Of a stretch of 64,000 bases of DNA, positions 15,001 through 30,000 are shown piece after piece. The position numbers were made by a program, and so were the translations under genes. The stretch's first letter is position 1, and each line of letters begins with the position of its first letter. The notes under the pieces are model-generated. The model had not been told where the DNA came from. It did no database searches and saw only the letters and a list, made by a program, of their open reading frames with translations. Where the stretch lies: assembly GCA_964016885.1 (NCBI GenBank), contig OZ024750.1:37510001-37574000 (forward strand). The letters are read 5' to 3'. The stretch comes from Eledone cirrhosa. Its lineage: Eukaryota.

Positions 15001-18000
15001 TTTGAAAAAAAACAATTTTTCGAAATACTGTGTAAAATGATCAATTTGTGAAAAACCTAAAATAATCCATTTTTTTATACCTTTCGAAATATTTACTTCT
15101 GATTTCTAAAATTGATTTTTTTTAGGTTTTTTACAAATTGATCATTTTACACAGTATTGGGAAAAAATGCGTTTATACATTATGTTTCGACACGTTGAAA
15201 AATTTTTTAAAAAAACAAAATATATATGAATCATTTTACACAGTATTTGGAAAAAATATTTTTTTTCAAAAAAATGTGTTTATACATTGTGTTTCGACAC
15301 GTTGAAAAATATTTGAAAAATACAAAATATATATCAATTTTCGAAATTAGAAAGTATATATTTCGAAAGAAAAAAAATCAATCTTTTTTGAAAAAAAATT
15401 TTTCGAATTACTGTGTAAAATGATCAATTTGTGAAAAACCTAAATTAATAAATTTTTTTATAATTTTAGAAATATTTACTTCTGATTTCTAACATTGATT
15501 TTTTTAGGTTTTACACAGTATTTGGAATAAATGCGTTTATACATTATGTTTCGACACGTTGAAAAATTTTTTAAAAATACAAAATATATATCAATTTTCG
15601 AAATCAGAAAGTATATATTTCGAAATAAAAAAAATTAATCTTTTTTGAAATATAACAATTTTTCGAAATACTGTGTAAAATGATCAATTTGTGAAAAACC
15701 TAAAATAATCAATTTTTTATACTTTTCGAAATATTTACTTCTGATTTCTAAAATTGATTTTTTTAGGTTTTTCACAAATTGATCATTTTACACAGTATTT
15801 GGAAAAAATGCATTGTTTCGACACGTTGAAAAATTTTTTAAAAATACAAAATATATATCAATTTTCGAAATCAGAAAGTATATATTTCGAAAGAAAAAAA
15901 ATTAATCTTTTTTGAAAAAAAACAATTTTTCGAAATACTGTGTAAAATGATCAATTTGTGAAAAACCTAAAATAATCAATTTTTTTATACTTTTCGAAAT
16001 ATTTACTTCTGATTTCTAAAATTGATTTTTTTTAGGTTTTTCACAAATTGATCATTTTACACAGTATTTGGAAAAAATATTTTTTTTCAAAAGAATGCGT
16101 TTATAAATTGTGTTTCGACACGTTGAAAAATACAAAATATATATCAATTTTCGAAATCAGAAAGTATATATTTCGAAAGAAAAAAAATTAATCTTTTTTG
16201 AAAAAAAACAATTTTTCGAAATACTGTGTAAAATGATCAATTTGTGAAAAACCTAAAATAATCAATTTTTTTATACTTTTCGAAATATTTACTTCTGATT
16301 TCTAAAATTGATCTTTTTAGGTTTTACACAGTATTTGCAAAAAAGGCGTTTATACATTTAGTTTCGACACGTTGAAAAATACAAAATATATATCAATTTT
16401 CGAAATCAGAAAGTATATATTTCGAAAGAAAAAAAATCAATCTTTTTTGAAAAAAAAACAATTTTTCGAAATACTGTGTAAAATGATCAATTTGTGAAAA
16501 ACCTAAAATAATCAATTTTTTTATACTTTTCGAAATATTTACTTCTGATTTCTAAAATTGACTTTTTTAGGTTTTTCACAAATTGATCATTTTACACAGT
16601 ATTTGGAAAAAATGCGTTTATAGATTGTTTCGACACGTTGAAAAATTTTTTAAAAATACAAAATATATATCAATTTTCGAAATCAGAAAGTATGTATTTC
16701 GAAAGAAAAAAAATCAATCTTTTTTGAAAAAAAACAATTTTTCGAAATACTGTGTAAATTGATCAATTTGTGAAAAACCTAAAATAATCAATTTTTTTAT
16801 ACTTTTCGAAATATTTACTTCTGATTTCTAAAATTGATTTTTTTAGGTTTTTAACAAATTGATCCTTTTACACAGTATTTGGAAAAAATATTTTTTTTCA
16901 AAAATATGTGTTTATACATTGTGTTTCGACACGTTGAAAAATATTTGAAAAATTAAAAATATATATCAATTTTCGAAATCAGAAAGTATATATTTCGAAA
17001 GAAAAAAATCAATCTCTTTTGAAAAAAAACAATTTTTCGAAATACTGTGTAAAATGATCAATTTGTGAAAAACCTAAAATAATCAATTTTTTTATACTTT
17101 TCGAACTATTCACTTCTGATTTCTAAAATTGATTTTTTTAGGTTTTTCACAAATTGATCATTTTACACTATTTGGAAAAAATATTTTTTTTCAAAAAAAT
17201 GCGTTTATACATTGTGTTTCGACACGTTGAAAAATACAATATATATATCAATTTTCGAAATCAGAAAGTATATATTTCGAAAGAAAAAAAATCAATCTTT
17301 TTTGAAAAAAAACAATTTTTCGAAATACTGTGTAAAATGATCAAATGGTGAAAAACCTAAAATAATCAATTTTTTTATACTTTTCGAAATATTTACTTCT
17401 GATTTCTAAAATTGATTTTTTTAGGTTTTTCACAAATTGATAATTTTACACTATTTTGAAAAAATATTTTTTTTCAAAAAAATGCGTTTATACATTGTGT
17501 TTCGACACGTTGAAAAATACAATTTATATATCAATTTTCGAAATCAGAAAGTATATATTTCGAAAGAAATAAAATCAATCTTTTTTGAAAAAAAACAATT
17601 TTTCGAAATACTGTGTAACATGATCAATTTGTGAAAAACCTAAAATAATCAATTTTTTTATACTTTTCGAAATATTTACTTCTGATTTCTAAAATTGATT
17701 TTTTTAGGTTTTTCACAAATTGATCATTTTACACAGTAATTGGAAAAATTGCGTTTATACATTGTTTCGACACGTTGAAAAATTTTTTAAAAATACAAAA
17801 TATATATCAATTTTCGAAATCACAAAGTATATATTTCGAAAGAAAAAAATCAATCTTTTTTGAAAAAAAACAATTATTCGAAATACTGTGTAAAATGATC
17901 AATTTGTGAAAAACCTAAAATAATCAATTCGTTTATACTTTTCGAAATATTTACTTCTGATTTCTAAAATTGATTTTTTTAGGTTTTTCACAAATTGATC

Positions 18001-21000
18001 ATTTTACACAGTATTTGGAAAAAATATTTTTTTTCAAAAAAATGTGTTTATACATTGTGTTTCGACACGTTGAAAAATATTTGAAAAATTAAAAATATAT
18101 ATCAATTTTCGAAATCAGAAAGTATATATTTCGAAAGAAAAAAATCAATCTCTTTTAAAAAAAAACAATTTTTCGAAATACTGTGTAAAATGATCAATTT
18201 GTGAAAAACCTAAAATAATCAATTTTTTTATACTTTTCGAAATATTTACTTCTGATTTCTAAAATTGATTTTTTTAGGTTTTTCACAAATTGATAATTTT
18301 ACACTATTTGGAAAAAATATTTTTTTTCAAAAAAATGCGTTTATACATTGTGTTTCGACACGTTGAAAAATACAATTTATATATCAATTTTCGAAATCAG
18401 AAAGTATATATTTCGAAAGAAAAAAAATCAATCTTTTTTGAAAAAAAACAATTTTTCGAAATACTGTGTAAAATGATCAATTTGTGAAAAACCTAAAATA
18501 ATCAATTTTTTTATACTTTTCGAAATATTTACTTCTGATTTCTAAAATTGATTTTTTTAGGTTTTTCACAAATTGATAATTTTACACTATTTGGAAAAAA
18601 TATTTTTTTTCAAAAAAATGCGTTTATACATTGTGTTTCGACACGTTGAAAAATACAATTTATATATCAATTTTCGAAATCAGAAAGTATATATTTCGAA
18701 AGAAAAAAAATCAATCTTTTTTGAAAAAAAACAATTTTTCGAAATACTGTGTAAAATGATCAATTTGTGAAAAACCTAAAATAATCCATTTTTTTATACT
18801 TTTCGAAATATTTACTTCTGATTTCTAAAATTGATTTTTTTTTAGGTTTTTCACAAACTGATCATTTTACACAGTATTTGGAAAAAAGGCGTTTATACAT
18901 TGTTTCGACACGTTGAAAAATTTTTTAAAAATACAAAATATATATCAATTTTCGAAATCAGAAAGTATATATTTCGAAAGAAAAAAAATCAATCTTTTTT
19001 GAAAAAAAACAATTTTTCGAAATACTGTGTAAAATGATCAATTTGTGAAAAACCTAAAATAATCAATTTTTATATACTTTTCGAAATATTTACTTCTGAT
19101 TTCTAAAATTGATTTTTTTAGGTTTTTCACAAATTGATCACTTTACACAGTATTTGGAAAAATTGCGTTTATACATTGTTCCGACACGTTGAAAAATTTT
19201 TTAAAAATACAAAATATATATCAATTTTCGAAATCAGAAAGTATGTATTTCGAAAAAAAAAAATCAATCTTTTTTGAAAAAAAACAATTTTTCGAAATAC
19301 TGTAAAATGATCAATTTGTGAAAAACCTAAAATAATCAATTCGTTTATACTTTTCGAAATATTTACTTCTGATTTCTAAAATTGATTTTTTTAGGTTTTT
19401 CACAAATTGATCATTTTACACAGTATTTCGAAAAATTGTTTTTTTTCAAAAAAATGCGTTCATACATTGTTTCGACACGTTGAAAAATATTTGAAAAATT
19501 AAAAATATATATCAATTTTCGAAATCAGAAAGTATATATTTCGAAAGAAAAAAAATCAATCTTTTTTGAAAAAAAACAATTTTTCGAAATACTGTGTAAA
19601 ATGATCAATTTGTGAAAAATCTAAAATAATCAATTTTTTTATAGTTTTCGAAATTTACTTTCTGATTTCTAAAATTGATTTTTTTAGGTTTTTCACAAAT
19701 TGATCATTTTACACAGTATTTGGAAAAATTGCGTTTATACATTGTTCCGACACGTTGAAAAATTTTTTAAAAATACAAAATATATATCAATTTTCGAAAT
19801 CAGAAAGTATGTATTTCGAAAAAAAAAAATCAATCTTTTTTGAAAAAAAACAATTTTTCGAAATACTGTAAAATGATCAATTTGTGAAAAACCTAAAATA
19901 ATCAATTCGTTTATACTTTTCGAAATATTTACTTCTGATTTCTAAAATTGATTTTTTTAGGTTTTTCACAGTATTTCGAAAAATTGTTTATTTTCAAAAA
20001 AATGCGTTCATACATTGTTTCGACACGTTGAAAAATATTTGAAAAATTAAAAATATATATCAATTTTCGAAATCAGAAAGTATATATTTCGAAAGAAAAA
20101 AAATCAATCTTTTTTGAAAAAAAAACAATTTTTCGAAATACTGTGTAAAATGATCAATTTGTGAAAAATCTAAAATAATCAATTTTTTTATAGTTTTCGA
20201 AATTTACTTTCTGATTTCTAAAATTGATTTTTTTAGGTTTTTCACAAATTGATCATTTTACACAGTATTTCGAAAAATCGTTTTTTTTTAAAAAAAATGC
20301 GTTTATACATTGTGTTTCGACACGTTGAAAAATATTTGAAAAATACAAAATATATATCAATTTTCGAAATAAGAAAGTATATATTTCGAAAGAAAAAAAA
20401 ATCAATCTTTTTTGAAAAAAAACAATTATTCGAAATACTGTGTAAAATGATCAATTTGTGAAAAACCTAAAATAATCAATTCGTTTATACTTTTCGAAAT
20501 ATTTACTTCTGATTTCTAAAATTGATTTTTTTAGGTTTTTCACAAATTGATCATTTTACACAGTATTTCGAAAAATTGTTTTTTTTCAAAAAAATGCGTT
20601 TGTACATTGTGTCTCGACACGTTGAAAAATATTTTAAAAATACAAAATATATATCAATTTTCGAAATCAGAAAGTATATATTTCGAAAGAAATAAAATCA
20701 ATCTTTTTTGAAAAAAAACAATTTTTCGAAATACTGTGTAACATGATCAATTTGTGAAAAACCTAAAATAATCAATTTTTTTATACTTTTCGAAATATTT
20801 ACTTCTGATTTCTAAAATTGATTTTTTTAGGTTTTTCACAAATTGATCATTTTACACAGTATTTCGAAAAATTGTTTTTTTTCAAAAAATTGCGTATGTA
20901 CATTGTGTTTCGACACGTTGAAAAATATTTGAAAAATTAAAAATATATATCAATTTTCGAAATCAGAAAGTATATATTTCGAAAGAAAAAAAAACAATTA

Positions 21001-24000
21001 TACGAAATACTGTGTAAAATGATCAATCTGTGAAAAACCGAAAATAATCAATTTTTTTATACTTTTCGAAATATTTACTTCGTATTTCTAAAATTGATTT
21101 TTTTAGGTTTTACACAGTATTTGGAAAAATATACATTGTTTCGACACGTTGAAAAATTTTTTAAAAATACAAAATATATATCAATTTTCGAAATCAGAAA
21201 GTATATATTTCGAAAGAAAAAAAATCAATCTTTTTTGAAAAAAAACAATTCTTCGAAATACTGTGTAAAATGATCAATTTGTGAAAAACCTAAAATAATC
21301 AATTTTTTTATACTTTTCGAAATATTTACTTTGGATTTCTAAAATTGATTTTTTTAGGTTTTACACAGTATTTGGAAAAAAGGCGTTTATACATTGTTTC
21401 GACACGTTGAAAAATTTTTTAAAAATACAAAATATATATCAATTTTCGAATTCACAAAGTATATATATAATATTTCGAAAGAAAAAAATCAATCTTTTTT
21501 GAAAAAAAACAATTATTCGAAATACTGTGTAAAATGATCAATTTGTGAAAAACCTAAAATAATCAATTCGTTTATACTTTTCGAAATATTTACTTCTGAT
21601 TTCTAAAATTGATTTTTTTTAGGTTTCTCACAAATTGATCATTTTACACAGTATTTCGAAAAATCGTTTTTTTTTCAAAAAAGATTGATTTTTTTCTTTC
21701 GAAATATTATATATATACTTTGTGAATTCGAAAATCAATCTTTTTTCAAAAAAACAATTTTTCGAAATACTGTGTAAAATGATCAATTTGTGAAAAACAT
21801 AAAATAATCAATTTTTTTATACTTTTCGAAATATTTACTTCTAATTTCTAAAATTGATTTTTTTAGGTTTTTCACAAATTGATCATTTTACACTATTTGG
21901 AAAAAATATTTTTTTTCAAAAGAATGCGTTTATACATTGTGTTTCGACACGTTGAAAAATACAAAATATATATCAATTTTCGAAATCAGAAAGTATATAT
22001 TTCGAAAGAAAAAAAATCAATCTTTTTTGAAAAAAAACAATTTTTCGAAATACTGTGTAAAATGATCAATTTGTGAAAAACCTAAAATAATCAATTCGTT
22101 TATACTTTTCGAAATATTTACTTCTGATTTCTAAAATTGATTTTTTTAGGTTTTTCACAAATTGATCATTTTACACAGTATTTCGAAAAATTGTTTTTTT
22201 TTTAAAAAATGCGTTTATACATCGTGTTTCGACACGTTGAAAAGTATTTGAAAAATTAAAAATATATATCAATTTTCGAAATCAGAAAGTATATATTTCG
22301 AAAGAAAAAAATTCAATCTTTTTTGAAAAAAAACAATTTTTCGAAATACTGTGTAAAATGATCAATTTGTGAAAAACCTAAAATAATCAATTTTTTTATA
22401 CTTTTCGAAATATTTACTTCGGATTTCTAAAATTGATTTTTTTAGGTTTTACAAAGTATTTGGAAAAAATGCGTTTATACATTGTTTCGACACGTTGAAA
22501 AATTTTTTAAAAATACAAAATATATATCAATTTTCGAAATCAGAAAGTATATATTTCGAAAGAAAAAAAATCAATCTTTTTTGAAAAAAAACAATTTTTC
22601 GAAATACTTTGTAAAATGATAAATTTCTGAAAAACCTAAAATAATCAATTTTTTTATACTTTTCGAAATATTTACTTCTGATTTCTAAAATTGATTTTTT
22701 TAGGTTTTTCACAAATTGATCATTTTACACAGTATTTGGAAAAAATGCGTTTATACATTATGTTTCGACACGTTGAAAAATTTTTTAAAAATACAAAATA
22801 TATATCAATTTTCGAAATCAGAAAGTATATATTTCGAAAGAAAAAAAATCAATCTTTTTTGAAAAAAAACAATTATTCGAAATACTGTGTAAAATGATCA
22901 ATTTGTGAAAAACCTAAAATAATAAATTTTTTTATACTTTTCGAAATATTTCTGATTTCTAAAATTGATTTTTTTTTAGGTTTTTCACAAATTGATCATT
23001 TTACACAGTATTTGGAAAAAATGTTTTTTTTCAATAAAATGCGTTTATACATTGTGTTTCGACACGTTGAAAAATATTTGAAAAATACAAAATATATATC
23101 AATTTTCGAAATCAGAAAGTATATATTTCGAAAGAAAAAAAATCAATCTTTTTTGAAAAAAAACAATTTTTCGGAATACTGTGTAAAATGATCAATTTGT
23201 GAAAAACCTAAAATAATCAATTTTTTTATACTTTTCGAAATATTTACTTCGGATTTCTAAAATTGATTTTTTTAGGTTTTCCACAAATTGATCATTTTAC
23301 ACAGTATTTGGAAAAAATGCGTTTATACATTGTTTCGACACGTTGAAAAACTTTTGAAAAATTCAAAATATACATCAATTTTCGAAATCAGAAAGTATAT
23401 ATTTCGAAAGTAATAAAATCAATCTTTTTTGAAAAAAAACAATTTTCGAAATACTGTGTAAAATGATCAATTTGTGAAAAACCTAAAATAATCAATTTTT
23501 TTATACCTTTCGAAATATTTACTTCTGATTTCTAAAATTGATTTTTTTTAGGTTTTTCACAAATTGATCATTTTACACAGTATTTGGAAAAAATGCGTTT
23601 ATACATTATGTTTCGACACGTTGAAAAATTTTTTAAAAATACAAAATATATATTATTTTCGAAATCAGAAAGTATATATTTCGAAAGAAAAAAAATCAAT
23701 CTTTTTTGAAAAAAAACAATTTTTCGAAATACTGTGTAAAATGATCAATTTGTGAAAAACCTAAAATAATAAATTTTTTTATACTTTTCGAAATATTTAC
23801 TTCTGATTTCTAAAATTGATTTTTTTAGGTTTTTCACAAATTGATCATTTTACACAGTATTTGGAAAAAATGATTTCTTTCAAAAAAATGCGTTTATACA
23901 TTGTGTTTCGACACGTTGAAAAATATTTGAAAAATACAAAATATATATCAATTTTCGAAATAAGAAAGTATATATTTCGAAAGAAAAAAAAATCAATCTT

Positions 24001-27000
24001 TTTTGAAAAAAAACAATTATTCGAAATACTGTGTAAAATGATCAATTTGTGAAAAACCTAAAATAATAAATTTTTTTATACTTTTCGAAATATTTCTGAT
24101 TTCTAAAATTGATTTTTTTAGGTTTTTCACAAATTGATCATTTTACACAGTATTTGGAAAAAATGTTTTTTTTCAAAAAAATGCGTTTATACATTGTGTT
24201 TCGACACGTTGAAAAATATTTGAAAAATACAAAATATATATCAATTTTCGAAATCAGAAAGTATATATTTCGAAAGAAAAAAAATCAATCTTTTTTGAAA
24301 AAAAACAATTTTTCGAAATACTGTGTAAAATGATCAATTTGTGAAAAACCTAAAATAATCAATTTTTTTATACCTTTCGAAATATTTACTTCCGTTTTCT
24401 AAAATTGATTTTTTTTAGGTTTTTCACAAATTGATCATTTTACACAGTATTTGGAAAAAACGTTTTTTTTCAAAAAAATTGCGTTTATACATTGCGTTTC
24501 GACACGTTGAAAAATATTTGAAAAATACAAAATATATATCAATTTTCGAAATCAGAAAATATATATTTCGAAAGAAAAAAAATCAATCTCTTTTGAAAAA
24601 AAACAATTTTTCGAAATACTGTGTAAAATGATCAATTTGTGAAAAACCTAAAATAATCAATTTTTTTATACTTTTCGAAATATGTACTTCTGATTTCTAA
24701 AATTGATTTTTTTAGGTTTTTCACAAATTGAACATTTTACACAGTATTTGGAAAAAATGCGTTTGTACATTATGTTTCGACACGTTGAAAAATATTTGAA
24801 AAATTAAAAATATATATCAATTTTCGAAATCAGAAAGTATATATTTCGAAAGAAAAAAAATCAATCTTTTTTGAAAAAAAACAATTATACGAAATACTGT
24901 GTAAAATGATCAATTTGTGAAAAACCTAAAATAATCAATTTTTTTATACCTTTCGAAATATTTACATCTGTTTTCTAAAATTGATTTTTTTTAGGTTTTT
25001 CACAAATTGATCATTTTACACAGTATTTGGAAAAAATGCGTTTATACATTATGTTTCGACACGTTGAAAAATTTTTGAAAAATACAAAATATATATCAAT
25101 TTTCGAAATCAGAAAGTATGTATTTCGAAAGAAAAAAAATCAATCTTTTTTGAAAAAAAACAATTTTTCGAAACACTGTGTAAAATGATCAATTTGTGAA
25201 AAACCTAAAATAATCAATTTTTTAATACTTTTCGAAATATTTACTTCTGATTTCTAAAATTGATTTTTTTTAGGTTTTACACAAATTGATCATTTTACAC
25301 AGTATTTGGAAAAAATTTGTTTATACATTGTTTCGACACGTTGAAAAATTTTTTAAAAATACAAAATATATATCAATTTTCGAAATCAGAAAGTATGTAT
25401 TTCGAAAGAAAAAAAATCAATCTTTTTTGAAAAAAAACAATTTTTCGAAATACTGTAAAATGATCAATTTGTGAAAAACCTAAAATAATAAATTTTTTTA
25501 TACTTTTCGAAATATTTACTTCTGATTTCTAAAATTGATTTTTTTAGGTTTTTCACAAATTGATCATTTTACACAGTATTTCGAAAAATTGTTTTTTTTC
25601 AAAAAAATGCGTTTGTACATTGTGTTTCGACACGTTGAAAAATATTTGAAAAATTAAAAATATATATCAATTTTCGAAATCAGAAAGTATATATTTCGAA
25701 AGAAAAAAAATCAATCTTTTTTGAAAAAAAACAATTATACGAAATACTGTGTAAAATGATCAATTTGTGAAAAACCTAAAATAATCAATTCGTTTATACT
25801 TTTCAAAATATTTACTTCTGATTTCTAAAATTGATTTTTTTAGGTTTTTCACAAATTGATCATTTTACACAGTATTTGGAAAAATTGCGTTTATACATTG
25901 TTTCGACACGTTGAAAAATATTTGAAAAATTAAAAATATATATCAAATTTCGAAATCAGAAAGTATATATTTCGAAAGAAAAAAAATCAATCTTTTTTGA
26001 AAAAAAACAATTTTTCGAAATACTGTGTAAAATGATCAATTTGTGAAAAACCTAAAATAATCAATTTTTTTATACTTTTCGAAATATTTACTTCGGATTT
26101 CTAAAATTGATTTTTTTAGGTTTTACACAGTATTTGGAAAAAATGCGTTTATACATTGTTTCGACACGTTGAAAAATTTTTTAAAAATACAAAATATATA
26201 TCAATTTTCGAAATCAGAAAGTATATATTTCGAAAGAAAAAATATCAATCTTTTTTGAAAAAAAACAATTTTTCGAAATACTGTGTAAAATGATCAATTT
26301 GTGAAAAACCTAAAATAATCAATTTTTTTATACTTTTCAAAATATTTACTTCTGATTTCTAAAATTGATTTTTTTAGGTTTTCCACAAATTGATCATTTT
26401 ACACAGTATTTGGAAAAAATGCGTTTATACATTGTTTCGACACGTTGAAAAATTTTTTAAAAATACAAAATATATATCAATTTTCGAAATCAGAAAGTAT
26501 ATATTTCGAAAGAAAAAAAATCAATCTTTTTTGAAAAAAAACAATTATACGAAATACTGTGTAAAATTATCAATTTGTGAAAAACCTAAAATAATCAATT
26601 CGTTTATACTTTTCGAAATATTTACTTCTGATTTCTAAAATTGATTTTTTTAGGTTTTTCACAAATTGATCATTTTACACAGTATTTCGAAAAATTGTTT
26701 TTTTTCAAAAAAATGCGTTTATACATTGTTTCGACACGTTGAAAAATATTTGAAAAATTCAAAATATATATCAATTTTCGAAATCAGAAAGTATATATTT
26801 CGAAAGAAAAAAAATCAATCTTTTTTGAAAAAAAACAATTTTTCGAAATACTGTGTAAAATGATCAATTTGTGAAAAACCTATAATAATCAATTTTTTTA
26901 TACTTTTCGAAATATTTACTTCGGATTTCTAAAATTGATTTTTTTAGGTTTTACACAGTATTTGGAAAAAATGCGTTTATATATTGTTTCGACACGTTGA

Positions 27001-30000
27001 AAAATTTTTTAAAAATACAAAATATATATCAATTTTCGAAATCAGAAAGTATATATTTCGAAAGAAAAAAAATCAATCTTTTTTGAAAAAAAACAATTAT
27101 ACGAAATACTGTGTAAAATGATCAATTTGTGAAAAACCTAAAATAATCAATTCGTTTATACTTTTCGAAATATTTACTTCTGATTTCTAAAATTGATTTT
27201 TTTAGGTTTTTCACAAATTGATCATTTTACACAGTATTTCGAAAAATTGTTTTTTTTCAAAAAAATGCGTTTATACATTGTTTCGACACGTTGAAAAATA
27301 TTTGAAAAATTCAAAATATATATCAATTTTCGAAATCAGAAAGTATATATTTCGAAAGAAAAAAAATCAATCTTTTTTGAAAAAAAACAATTTTTCGAAA
27401 TACTGTGTAAAATGATCAATTTGTGAAAAACCTATAATAATCAATTTTTTTATACTTTTCGAAATATTTACTTCTGATTTCTAAAATTGATTTTTTTAGG
27501 TTTTTCACAAATTGATCATTTTACACAGTATTTGGAAAAAACGTTTTTTTTCAAAAAAATTGCGTTTATACATTGCGTTTCGACACGTTGAAAAATATTT
27601 GAAAAATACAAAATATATATCAATTTTCGAAATCAGAAAATATATATTTCGAAAGAAAAAAAATCAATCTCTTTTGAAAAAAAACAATTTTTCGAAATAC
27701 TGTGTAAAATGATCAATTTGTGAAAAACCTAAAATAATCAATTTTTTTATACTTTTCGAAATATGTACTTCTGATTTCTAAAATTGATTTTTTTAGGTTT
27801 TTCACAAATTGAACATTTTACACAGTATTTGGAAAAAATGCGTTTGTACATTATGTTTCGACACGTTGAAAAATATTTGAAAAATTAAAAATATATATCA
27901 ATTTTCGAAATCAGAAAGTATATATTTCGAAAGAAAAAAAATCAATCTTTTTTGAAAAAAAACAATTATACGAAATACTGTGTAAAATGATCAATTTGTG
28001 AAAAACCTAAAATAATCAATTTTTTTATACCTTTCGAAATATTTACATCTGTTTTCTAAAATTGATTTTTTTTAGGTTTTTCACAAATAGATCATTTTAC
28101 ACAGTATTTGGAAAAAATGCGTTTATACATTATGTTTCGACACGTTGAAAAATTTTTGAAAAATACAAAATATATATCAATTTTCGAAATCAGAAAGTAT
28201 GTATTTCGAAAGAAAAAAAATCAATCTTTTTTGAAAAAAAACAATTTTTCGAAACACTGTGTAAAATGATCAATTTGTGAAAAACCTAAAATAATCAATT
28301 TTTTAATACTTTTCGAAATATTTACTTCTGATTTCTAAAATTGATTTTTTTTTAGGTTTTACACAAATTGATCATTTTACACAGTATTTGGAAAAAATTC
28401 GTTTATACATTGTTTCGACACGTTGAAAAATTTTTTAAAAATACAAAATATATATCAATTTTCGAAATCAGAAAGTATGTATTTCGAAAGAAAAAAAATC
28501 AATCTTTTTTGAAAAAAAACAATTTTTCGAAATACTGTAAAATGATCAATTTGTGAAAAACCTAAAATAATAAATTTTTTTATACTTTTCGAAATATTTA
28601 CTTCTGATTTCTAAAATTGATTTTTTTAGGTTTTTCACAAATTGATCATTTTACACAGTATTTCGAAAAATTGTTTTTTTTCAAAAAAATGCGTTTGTAC
28701 ATTGTGTTTCGACACGTTGAAAAATATTTGAAAAATTAAAAATATATATCAATTTTCGAAATCAGAAAGTATATATTTCGAAAGAAAAAAAATCAATCTT
28801 TTTTGAAAAAAAACAATTATACGAAATACTGTGTAAAATGATCAATTTGTGAAAAACCTAAAATAATCAATTCGTTTATACTTTTCGAAATATTTACTTC
28901 TGATTTCTAAAATTGATTTTTTTAGGTTTTTCACAAATTGATCATTTTACACAGTATTTGGAAAAATTGCGTTTATACATTGTTTCGACACGTTCAAAAA
29001 TATTTGAAAAATTAAAAATATATATCAAATTTCGAAATCAGAAAGTATATATTTCGAAAGAAAAAAAATCAATCTTTTTTGAAAAAAAAACAATTTTTCG
29101 AAATACTGTGTAAAATGATCAATTTGTGAAAAACCTAAAATAATCAATTTTTTTATACTTTTCGAAATATTTACTTCGGATTTCTAAAATTGATTTTTTT
29201 AGGTTTTACACAGTATTTGGAAAAATGCGTTTATACATTGTTTCGACACGTTGAAAAATTTTTTAAAAATACAAAATATATATCAATTTTCGAAATCAGA
29301 AAGTATATATTTCGAAAGAAAAAATATCAATCTTTTTTGAAAAAAAACAATTTTTCGAAATACTGTGTAAAATGATCAATTTGTGAAAAACCTAAAATAA
29401 TCAATTTTTTTATACTTTTCAAAATATTTACTTCTGATTTCTAAAATTGATTTTTTTAGGTTTTCCACAAATTGATCATTTTACACAGTATTTGGAAAAA
29501 ATGCGTTTATACATTGTTTCGACACGTTGAAAAATTTTTTAAAAATACAAAATATATATCAATTTTCGAAATCAGAAAGTATATATTTCGAAAGAAAAAA
29601 AATCAATCTTTTTTGAAAAAAAACAATTATACGAAATACTGTGTAAAATTATCAATTTGTGAAAAACCTAAAATAATCAATTCGTTTATACTTTTCGAAA
29701 TATTTACTTCTGATTTCTAAAATTGATTTTTTTAGGTTTTTCACAAATTGATCATTTTACACAGTATTTCGAAAAATTGTTTTTTTTCAAAAAAATGCGT
29801 TTATACATTGTTTCGACACGTTGAAAAATATTTGAAAAATTCAAAATATATATCAATTTTCGAAATCAGAAAGTATATATTTCGAAAGAAAAAAAATCAA
29901 TCTTTTTTGAAAAAAAACAATTTTTCGAAATACTGTGTAAAATGATCAATTTGTGAAAAACCTATAATAATCAATTTTTTTATACTTTTCGAAATATTTA

